DNA of 64,000 nucleotides from Clostridiaceae bacterium (GTDB lineage Bacteria; Bacillota; Clostridia; Clostridiales; Clostridiaceae): NCBI GenBank assembly GCA_036677675.1, contig JAVBWC010000042.1, positions 354 to 64,353 of the forward strand, read 5' to 3'. Shown piece by piece: positions 52,701 to 61,000 of this stretch (position 1 is its first letter; each line of letters starts with the position of its first letter). The notes under the pieces were generated by a model. It saw only the letters and a program-made list of their open reading frames with translations, ran no database searches and was not told where the DNA came from. The position numbers and the translations under genes were made by a program.

Positions 52701-55628
52701 TGATGGTATCTTATCTACAGATGAAGGTACCTCAGGTTCTGTTTTAGATGATGAAGATTCATTTGTCCAAGGTTTTGGACCATACTTTTCTGCTGTCTTC
52801 GGATATGGCTGTCCTAATGGCGGCGCTTTAGGTGCCTCGTCTTTGATAGGACTTCCATCTAATGATATAGGTCCTCCATCAAAAGGATTTCTGTGTTCAG
52901 GATCATAATCAAGCTCACTCCAGTGCTTTCCATTTCGGTCATAGCCTTCGCTGTTATAACCACTCCAGTGGTATCCATCCTTGCCATATCCCTGCCTATT
53001 ATATCCCCATGGATCATATCCATCACGGTTGTAGCCCTTGTAATCAAAGCCCTGTTTGTCATAGCCATCCTTATCAAAACCATCTTTATTGAATCCATCC
53101 TTGTCATATCCGTATTCGTCAAGACCTTCTTTCTGTCTTCCTTCCCTGTTATAACCCTCACGATCATAACCGTTTTTATCATAGCCTTCTTTATCATAGC
53201 CTTCTCTATCAAAGCCATCCTTACTTAAGCCATTTCTTCCATAACCATCCTTATCATAACCCTGCCTGTTAAAGCCTTCTTTATCATAGCCAGCTGCATT
53301 ATATCCTTCAACATCATATCCACTGCGATTATAACCTTTTTTATTCATTCCATTGATGTCAAAACCTTCTCTGTCATAGCCTTCTAAATTAAAACCATTT
53401 CTGTTATAGCCTTCCTTATCAAAGCCAGCTTCGTTGAAACCTTCCTTATCATATCCTTCACTATTAAATCCATCACGGTCATAACCTTCATCGTCAAATC
53501 CCTGTCTGTCATAGCCTTCTGAATTATAACCATTTTTGTCATAACCTTCTTCATCAAAACCAGCCTTATTGAAGCCTTCCTTATCAAAGCCAGCTTCGTT
53601 GAAACCTTCCTTATCATATCCTTCACTATTAAATCCATCACGGTCATAACCTTCACCGTCAAATCCCTGCCTGTCATAACCTTCTGAATCATAACCATTT
53701 CTGTCATAACCTTCTTCATCAAAACCAGCCTTATTGAAGCCTTCCTTATCATATTCTACTGAATCGAATCCTTGGGAATCATATTCTTCACCAGCAGCTT
53801 CACTATCCTTTATTTCAAAGTCTTCTTCAATTATTAAGCCATCCTCTGATTCTATAGCCTCATTTTTTCCAAAATCTTTATTCACCTGCAGACTATCGTC
53901 GATTTCCAAACCATCCTCTATTATAAGACCATCTTCAATTTCAATTCCTATGCCTTCTTCTATTATTAAATCTTCACCAGTCTTTAACTCATTGCCCATA
54001 TTGTCTTCAGTTAAAGGCTCTTCTATTATTAAATCCTGATCTTTGCTCAATACGTCCTCTATTATCAGTCCATCATCCACAGATATGCTTATAGGCTCCT
54101 GTGAATAAATAATATTTTCTGTTGTTCCAAATTCATTGAAACCTTCAGCTTCATTTATTAAAATCTCCGGCTCCTCTATAGAATAACTATCTGTTTTACG
54201 CCTTCTTCTACCCAATTGAGCAACTTCATTAGCTCCAGAGGAGGATGTACTTCCTGTTCTTCCCTGCTGTGGAATTGTTTCACCGGGTGATGCTGCCCCG
54301 CCTGTTGATCCTCCAGCACCTCCAAAAGAAACTCCACCATCTGGTATTGGTCCTCCTCCAGATATCCCTGCGCCTCCAGGAGGTATAACACCACCACCCA
54401 GTCCTGCAAGTCCAGCTAACACTGTTGCAATCAAGCCTGGCACTGCTACTCCAACTACCGCCTCAGTAGAGTTTTCCGGACCAGGGATTGTACCTACAGA
54501 ACCAACACCTGCTGGACTTTCCTGAGAAATACTGCTTCCTGATTTACCAGTATTTCCTGAAGTAGTCTTTCCTAAATCATTTAAAGAGCCACTGGTAACC
54601 TGAAAATGGGGTGTAGCCTTTACCTGTCCCATACCTCTTCCGCCTGATTCCTGATTTTGTGACCAGGTTGCAGGATTGGAATCTATTATAGTATATGTTC
54701 CTGCAGGTATAACAATATTAGGATATACTTCCCAATTGGCATTTTTCACTCCACCCATACCATCTGTACCTTTAGCCTGCCAAGGTCCATATACAACACC
54801 ATTCTGGTCCTTTAAAGCTATTGTTCCAAGAGTATCCCCTTTGGCATTATTCCAGTGATAATCCCTGATATAAGTAACAAGATGTGGAACGTTGATTGTA
54901 AAGGTAGTTGGTGCTGTAGGTCCGTTTTTTACTCCCGCAATATTATCAGTATTTGATACAGCTGCTGCTTCCTCCAAAGCTTTACCTTTTACAACCACAC
55001 CGGTGGATGTATTTGAAGTTTCCTTCTCTTGACCAGACTGCTTATTATCTGATACAGGCTGCTGAATATCTGGTGCAGGCTGGCTTAATAATCCGTTTTT
55101 ATCCAGACCGTTTACAAGCTGCTGAGCAAACTTCTTAGCAGTTGCTATATCCCCTGAACTGCTGTTACCTGTTTCATAAATCTCCACAGTTACAAGATAA
55201 TCCGGCAGAACTACTGTAATACCAATACCATCTGTCATAGTATACTCTCTTACTTCTCCGCCTTTTATAGACGTTGTTTTAACACCAGTGCTTCCTGCAA
55301 CCTGGGTAATATGCTCAATTATAGTTTTCATTTGACTTTCATCAATAGGTCCAACTACTGCAATCATGCTTTCTCCATTTGCATAATCTCCTCTTGCCAT
55401 ATGTGCTTTTAAGTTAAGACCCGTTACATCTTCAGTACCAAAATCAAATTCTGGAGAACTTATGTTATTGTTTGCAACTTCAGTAACTACATCCCCAATA
55501 CCGGCAGCTTTTACTGTGCTTGGAAAACAAAACACCATAAACATCAATACCATAATTGATATTGATATACTGGTTTTTAAAGATTTTTTACACTTATTTT
55601 TTTTTCTTATCATATGAAAAACTGACAA
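49734..55628 (-). CDS. Giant (~1,960 aa) membrane-anchored repeat protein with polymorphic-toxin-like C-terminal half
   Basis: Signal peptide, extracellular domains, TM at ~54400-54460, acidic repeats, 57 [YF][DN]xxG repeats, coiled coil, 59-aa helical duplication, DxD-containing terminal domain; TTG start at 55628 after AGGAGG (ORF track extends to 55682). Confidence 0.85.
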   Translation of the reverse strand: MSVFHMIRKKNKCKKSLKTSISISIMVLMFMVFCFPSTVKAAGIGDVVTEVANNNISSPEFDFGTEDVTGLNLKAHMARGDYANGESMIAVVGPIDESQMKTIIEHITQVAGSTGVKTTSIKGGEVREYTMTDGIGITVVLPDYLVTVEIYETGNSSSGDIATAKKFAQQLVNGLDKNGLLSQPAPDIQQPVSDNKQSGQEKETSNTSTGVVVKGKALEEAAAVSNTDNIAGVKNGPTAPTTFTINVPHLVTYIRDYHWNNAKGDTLGTIALKDQNGVVYGPWQAKGTDGMGGVKNANWEVYPNIVIPAGTYTIIDSNPATWSQNQESGGRGMGQVKATPHFQVTSGSLNDLGKTTSGNTGKSGSSISQESPAGVGSVGTIPGPENSTEAVVGVAVPGLIATVLAGLAGLGGGVIPPGGAGISGGGPIPDGGVSFGGAGGSTGGAASPGETIPQQGRTGSTSSSGANEVAQLGRRRRKTDSYSIEEPEILINEAEGFNEFGTTENIIYSQEPISISVDDGLIIEDVLSKDQDLIIEEPLTEDNMGNELKTGEDLIIEEGIGIEIEDGLIIEDGLEIDDSLQVNKDFGKNEAIESEDGLIIEEDFEIKDSEAAGEEYDSQGFDSVEYDKEGFNKAGFDEEGYDRNGYDSEGYDRQGFDGEGYDRDGFNSEGYDKEGFNEAGFDKEGFNKAGFDEEGYDKNGYNSEGYDRQGFDDEGYDRDGFNSEGYDKEGFNEAGFDKEGYNRNGFNLEGYDREGFDINGMNKKGYNRSGYDVEGYNAAGYDKEGFNRQGYDKDGYGRNGLSKDGFDREGYDKEGYDKNGYDREGYNREGRQKEGLDEYGYDKDGFNKDGFDKDGYDKQGFDYKGYNRDGYDPWGYNRQGYGKDGYHWSGYNSEGYDRNGKHWSELDYDPEHRNPFDGGPISLDGSPIKDEAPKAPPLGQPYPKTAEKYGPKPWTNESSSSKTEPEVPSSVDKIPSVSTADEVSKITPESPESDSGIIGPEDPMNTLKNHGVGEEGKASGLPIPEEDIPESDTENIQTSSDSTSVPESSDIQQEADKISEASQTEEVPQEPESMVITTSVHGAQTLVVKDPTTGQWVDSETGAVIDLEAHQKNLEQQIKDYQDYIQRNDELEKTGQSAMQQALDKIKKDSKAEIDAIQKEIDKRNMEQLKWEQQHLEWEQQQAEKANSWGSILAHTAANAGKDIVETAKDVKDAAVYVADTTAEAGSDVLQTAKNIWDGGLKGAVQNIQDAYVGTQKVVNDTYEGTKKALKDAEEAAEDTVSYIYNNPEEAWENTKKATIETGKTILKTGAAITKGVYNTVTDPEKVWEFAKEQLGGNNFENALDPNRSLTSRIGQVLVGTGKLYTSILTLGQGGAVIKSGAGKISGVVDDLIGAGAKKAGLVDDVLGAAAKKTGGKAAAEASDDVMKASIAKAQKEARYKVESAKINVQAKEASKKADSLIDDFKKYEKQTMETNLKDEAFVKAQKAGAEKVDKLKDASIKLAENPNSAEAKQAYKKALEAVEKDKHAMKKIEDLRDEAFWKGREEGAKKVDKLREAQKNLVQNPDSADARKAYQEAMEAVQKDKHAMHSLNDLETNADKLKKARSEYVKNPTDETKKAFQDAKKAAQNDMESGDDVRKTFNANMKEKAEVADRNAKERIAREYGVKEEQVKTVGATNTMDTSGKADPRGFAKKNSGAQRTTGTEAGKYTEKDINIGEVDGKKVSYDIDKTYRVQVGEYVDPKTGVRTPIYKDIPASETKKIFGEEYYKQFHDGKLPMKLDKDGKTFIVDDDAVNKFSKEMDVSAVDHTSAEGYGGGDFDLKEMLKKDGSVKKLNDLEAGTKTIEFKANEWENQAAEVRKHFGDLAKAESWSEESMRQTTKQFNNQILEQIKAKNLENMAKGKNPLEVPDDLFTAIKVMEKVGKPQGGISAVEAEKILKSMGLTPKKVSEEVSSIFESMQKLK
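52929..53783 (-). repeat. Coding tandem repeat: 57 x 15-nt units encoding [YF][DN]xxG, including a 165-nt higher-order duplication
   Basis: Counted from the translation; 855 nt; identical motif at 53551 and 53716 gives the 165-nt period. Confidence 0.92.
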
Positions 55629-55651
55629 ATCCCACGCCTCCTTTTTAATTC

Positions 55652-56152
55652 TTACAACAGCTTGGCTATAAGTAGCATCCATACTGTAGATATTAAAAAA
55701 GCAAGCAGTGATGGTATGATAACATTTTTAATTCCTTTTGCTCCCTTTTTCATTACCTCAGTACCAACAACTGCTGTAGCAGTAGTAATGCCCGCAGAAG
55801 CAAATGGCATTACACCAGTCCATCCAAGGCCAAACTTAGCCAAAACCGCTAAAATCGTAAATGGAATCATAAATAGCATTCCAGTCTCCACAGCCTCCTT
55901 TGCAAACTTACCTTCTGTTTCCTTTCGAAGCTTAGAATTAAATGCATTCAACATCAAAACAAGCATATATACTGTCACCACTGCTAAAATAACTGATACC
56001 CCAATTGATAATAATAAATTCTTTATTTCTAGTTTATCTTTACCAAAAGAGTTTAAGAAACCAAATACTATAAAACAAATATAAGCAGGCCAAAATTTAA
56101 ACTTTCCTTCAGCATATTTATTTTTATAACCAAGTTTTGTTTCCAAATCCAT
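55652..56152 (-). CDS. Small multi-pass (about 4 TM) membrane protein
   Basis: CAGGAGGG RBS, hydrophobic helices, tight coupling to the giant gene. Confidence 0.75.
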   Translation of the reverse strand: MDLETKLGYKNKYAEGKFKFWPAYICFIVFGFLNSFGKDKLEIKNLLLSIGVSVILAVVTVYMLVLMLNAFNSKLRKETEGKFAKEAVETGMLFMIPFTILAVLAKFGLGWTGVMPFASAGITTATAVVGTEVMKKGAKGIKNVIIPSLLAFLISTVWMLLIAKLL

Positions 56153-56256
56153 CCCTCCTGCACAAATCAGATTCTTTTTCGTTCTTATTTTTCAATAGAA
56201 ATTGCTTTTTAATGTTACCTTTTCACAGCTCTCTTCTTTACACTGTATAAATATAT

Positions 56257-56826
56257 TTAAGCTACAAGCTTTCCTATCACGGCCCATCCCATCAAAAGTA
56301 CAGCTCCACACAAGGTTGTTAATACTATACTGAAGCCAACTTTCTCCCCTGACATCTGACGTATTGTAAATAAGGCTGGTCTCAGTGCCCATAAAACACC
56401 GGTTACTCCAAAAGCTACAGAAGTATTCCAGCCCAAAGTAAAGGAAAATATTAGACCTGTCACTGAATAAATCAGAGATGCTGAGTACCCAAGTCCAAAA
56501 GAGGATATTGCCCATGTAATAGAATAAGACCTTTTAGATGCCTGTGAAAGAGCCCATGAAAATGCAGCAATTATGGCAATACCTACAGTCCCATATAAAA
56601 GCCCCATCATAGTGACCAAAATAACAGTGGTTATTTCAATCTGGCCTGAGCGGAACATATCACAACCGGTTTGAAGAAAAAACAATGTAAAAGATAATCC
56701 AGAAATCAACAAAGAATAAGGCCACGGAACCATGGTCATTTGATTTTTTAGCACTTCTCCCGGATTTATTATCATGTTCAGTGCTGTTTTCCAACGTGGC
56801 ATCTGACCTTGCAACTGATTATTCAT
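56257..56826 (-). CDS. Yip1-like five-TM membrane protein
   Basis: ALNMIINPGEVL N-terminal signature and five hydrophobic helices; ATG at 56826 after GAGGGG. Confidence 0.6.
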   Translation of the reverse strand: MNNQLQGQMPRWKTALNMIINPGEVLKNQMTMVPWPYSLLISGLSFTLFFLQTGCDMFRSGQIEITTVILVTMMGLLYGTVGIAIIAAFSWALSQASKRSYSITWAISSFGLGYSASLIYSVTGLIFSFTLGWNTSVAFGVTGVLWALRPALFTIRQMSGEKVGFSIVLTTLCGAVLLMGWAVIGKLVA

Positions 56827-57243
56827 AATTAGCAACCCCTCACTTTTTGAATTTGATTTTTTCAACTTTAATTCTTTTGCAGATATTTCTATTCGAGATT
56901 TATTTATATTTATGTATAACGTATTCAAAATTCTACAACTATACTATAAAATTATATTAAATTTATTTTATTATTACAATAATATTATATGATGATATTT
57001 ATCTTAATTATTAAATATTTAATAACAGTATTTACTGTAAATTAAGTCGATTAACAATTATTCTAAAATCTTATATACCTAATTCAAATTTTTTAGGAAA
57101 GATATAAAAAAACAAGGACTCTTGTGATTTTTACACACAGTGTCCTTGTTTATATTTTTGCTTTCTTTACTCCGTTTCATTTTCAAGAGACAGTAATTTC
57201 TCTTTTCTTATTTCATGCAAAGTTTTCTCATTACCTTTAACCA

Positions 57244-57339
57244 TTTGCTGACCAAGCCAGTTATTTTGAGCATCAAAGAATTCTATTTTAGTTATAGCTG
57301 TATTTGTAGTATTTACTGTCTTTAGATATCCGATAACAA
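57244..57339 (-). pseudogene. Orphan fragment of the RHS gene carbohydrate-binding-like domain
   Basis: 87/96 nt identical to 60738-60833; encodes GYLKTVNTTNTAITKIEFFDAQNNWLGQQ with no start codon. Confidence 0.85.
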
Positions 57340-57490
57340 TAAATCTACACGCTACTTAAAGGGTGCAACAATTTATGGTACACAAATGAAGCCTAAATCG
57401 GACTGTCCCACGGACTAAATTGTACCAAGTTCACCCGATCTTTTACTGATTATATTTATATTATCGTTAAAATTTTTCTTTTAATAAAGA

Positions 57491-57528
57491 ATACTTCTAA
57501 ATCATCATGTTCAATGATTTAGAAGTAT
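57491..57528 (-). terminator. 15-bp inverted repeat downstream of the immunity candidate
   Basis: atacttctaaatcat / atgatttagaagtat. Confidence 0.6.
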
Positions 57529-57601
57529 CTTTTTACGCCAAGTTTTCATTCTTAATGGTGGCACTTGTGGCATTGTTGGCTGTCCCCATACATGTTCTTG
57601 T

Positions 57602-57629
57602 CACAGGGTTACCCTGAGTATCCCAAGTA
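57602..57629 (-). pseudogene. Short orphan RHS-core fragment
   Basis: 23/28 identity to 58723-58750; reads TWDTQGNPV versus TWDAQGNPV. Confidence 0.55.
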
Positions 57630-57638
57630 CAGGTTCAC

Positions 57639-58040
57639 TTAAAGGCTTTGTTTACCTTTTTGCGTTAATCTTACGTTCCCAACAATAGATGGGACTATAA
57701 AGATAATCAAAGAAAAACTAAACGGAAGGTTTACTTCATTAGACCCCTTAAAAATAATACGCTGCGCTGAAAACAAATATATAATCCCAAGTAGCAATAT
57801 TCCATTATCAATTGATGAATACATTATAGATTGTTTTAATGGAAAAAATGTTTTGTAATGATTAAATCTAACTATTGAATAAACCATAAATTGTATAAAC
57901 ACGAGAATAAACACAAAATACAATATATACTGTTGAACAATATACCGTACAGGCATTGATAATGCATATGTTACCAGTGAAACATAATTAAATAGGGAAA
58001 TTGAGTTTTTCGGAAACTTAATTTTCATAATTTTGTCCAT
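57639..58040 (-). CDS. Putative RHS immunity protein, multi-pass membrane
   Basis: Begins immediately after the RHS stop; about four hydrophobic segments; start at 58040 or 58028. Confidence 0.65.
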   Translation of the reverse strand: MDKIMKIKFPKNSISLFNYVSLVTYALSMPVRYIVQQYILYFVFILVFIQFMVYSIVRFNHYKTFFPLKQSIMYSSIDNGILLLGIIYLFSAQRIIFKGSNEVNLPFSFSLIIFIVPSIVGNVRLTQKGKQSL

Positions 58041-58041
58041 C

Positions 58042-61000
58042 CTATCTTGCATATATGTCCAACGCATATGGTGTACCGCGACGCGTCCTTTTAACACCAA
58101 ATTCGATTCCTCTTTTGCTCTGCATTACACAATCAAATATGGCTGTAGCTAGGCTTGAAGCTGAAGGAATTCCAACTGCGGCAGCAACTCCCACTAAGAT
58201 TCCTTGTACTACTGGTCCCCAAAAGGCGCCTAGTTTAGCAATTAACAGTAAAAACCTAGCAGTAATAAAGACTTTAAGTTTATATAACCCCATTCCAATT
58301 AATACCGAACCTATAGGATTTAGCCCAATCACTAAAAGATATTTACTAATATCCTTTAGAGAAATATAATAATTTCCACTTGGATCAATCATGTTGACTG
58401 AATTGTTTGCACAATAGGTATATAGATTTAATGATTGTGGATCATCTTCAAATCCATGGAAAGTATCTCTCGTTAAAAACCTTCCAACATTAGCATCATA
58501 ATACCTAGCCATTAGATAATAAAGCCCTGTAGCCTCATCATATCTATACCCAGCATATCTATATGGGTTACTCGATGCCATTGTCCCTGTTTGAGAAAGA
58601 ACATTCCCCCAAGCGTCGTAACTATACTGAGCTGCAACATTTCCACTTGCATCTGTTAAAGCTGTAACATCACCGTGAGCATTTAAGCTATAGTAATAAG
58701 TTACACCATTTTTAGTCATTGCCACAGGATTCCCCTGTGCGTCCCAAGTATACTCCGCTGTGATATTGTTATTTGCATCTGTCTCATAAACTACCTTATC
58801 CCCGCTATAATGGAAATATGTTGTTACTCCTGATGTTGTCATGCTTGTTCTGTTTCCTTCATAATCATATGTGAAGGAAGATATAACTGTTCCCTGAGAG
58901 TTTTTTACTTGAGTTAAGTGGTTTTCCTCATCGTAAACAAATGTCTTATCTCCATTGCTTGTTAGATTTCCATTAGCATCATGGGTATAACTTTGACCAT
59001 TTACAGCTGTAAGCTGATTCCCATCATCATAGGAATAGTTTGTAATTGTAGTTCCAACAGTCTTCTTAGTCCTGTTCCCTACAGCATCATACTCGTAGGA
59101 AATTGTTGTTCCATCAAGTAGAGTCTCCTGAGTTAGCTGATTTAGCTCATCATACTGATAGGAAATAGTTCCAGCGTTTGTTGCAACGCTTGTAATATTT
59201 CCATTTGCATCGTATGAGTATGCATATGAATCAAGTATATCTCCAGAAGGCTTGTAATTTTTTACTGTTTTTACTCTGCCTGCGCTGTCGTACTCAAGCG
59301 CTGTGTAGGTTCCATTAGCACGTCCTAGAGAGATTACATTTCCACTCTCATCATATATAAATGAAACTATTTTACTGCTGTTTCTTGATAGAGATATTAT
59401 CTGATTTAAAGAGTTATAGCTATAGCCAGTATTAACTGTTGTGCTTCCTACTGTAATACCTAGTGATGTTAAATTACTGTTGTTATCATATCCATAGGCA
59501 ATCCTATTTGAAGCACCCTCTGATATTTCAGTAACTCTGTTATTTTTGTCAAACCTGTAGCTTGTTGTCTTTCCTGAGGAAACATCAGTAGCAAATGTTA
59601 GATTTCCATTAGGATCATAACCAAAATCCCACTTTTTTACACCATTATAATAAACTCCGTCATTTCTGTTTAAGCCGTTATAGGTGTAGGATATTGTGTC
59701 TCCCTTTGGGAATATTATCTTTGTTGTGTTCCCATTTTTATCATAACCAAATTGTATAACTTGGTTTAATGGGTTTGTTATTCTTGAAACCTTATTAAAT
59801 TCATTGTATTCATAACTTGTTACCTTGTTTCTTGCATCGGTAACAGTTGTACGGTTTCCTGCATTGTCATAACCGTATAAGGTTTCATTAAGCTTTGCAT
59901 CTGTAACCTTTGTTAGAAGGTTTGTCTTATCATAGGTAAAGGAAGTTGTTTTTCCTTTTCCATCCGTAACGCTTGTTTTATTTCCTACAGCGTCATATCC
60001 AAAGGATACACTATTTCCTAGAGGATCTGTTATATTTGTTACATAATTTTGATTTGAATCATAGGTATACCCTGTAATTGCAGGACCTAATTCAAGACGC
60101 ATTGCATCAAACCATGCTGTTCCAGCTTGATTGTTATATAGATAAAATACATCAATAGAGTTAAAAGCTGCAGTTGGCTCTATTTTAGCTGCAACATGCT
60201 GCCATCCGCTTGCTGATTTGCTAAAGTCATTAGCAAAAACACTTGAACCACCTGCGGTGTAGTTTACCTGTACTTGAAGAGTGTAATTTCCTCCACTTGA
60301 ACTTGCACCTTCTTGCTTTGACCATCCCGATAGGGTAAGCTTTGTATTATCATCTCCTGAGATATAAACACGCTGCTTAATATATTTATTTTTACCTGAT
60401 TCCCCAGTCATTTTAAATGAATATTTTCCTGTATGAACCTTATCATCCTCTGGATTTATATTTTGATCCAGTTTATCATTAGCTGTTAAATTTCCGCTTG
60501 CATCCCAGTTATCAGGCATGTTATTTGAATCATTATCCCTTTCAAAGCCTGCATTGTCAATAAGGTTATATGCACTTACTACAGTATCTTTTTCAAGCTG
60601 GATACCATCAAAGTATGCTGTACCAGAGCCAGCGTTCATTCCTGCGGATACACGGATTTTATCAGTACCTGAGGGTACTGTATCAACAAGTGCCTGAACA
60701 AGTGTCCAATCATGGGTTCCTTTTAAACCATAAGAAGTTTGCTGCCCAAGCCAGTTATTCTGAGCATCAAAAAATTCTATTTTAATTATGGCTGTATTTG
60801 TAGTATTTGCTGTCTTTAGATACCCACTAACAACATACTTATTTCCAGCTTCGTATTTAACATTACTAGCACTTACTAATGCCCAGCCTGTCGGGTTAGA
60901 AATACTTACAGCTTTATTTCCAAATTTAGCTGTACTTGCCCAATTAAATGTTGCAGTTTTTCCTGGTTCAGTATTTTGCATCCAGTTATCTGCCCAGCTG

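Noticed and set aside
52859-53752. Same-strand alternate-frame ORFs (52859-53218, 53384-53752) and antisense ORF 52893-53228
   Set aside because: By-products of the 15-nt repeat, which is stop-poor and ATG-rich in those frames; no RBS
58055-58369. 104-aa antisense ORF over the RHS tip as a possible antitoxin
   Set aside because: Entirely antisense to the toxin tip with no RBS; a conventional immunity candidate lies downstream
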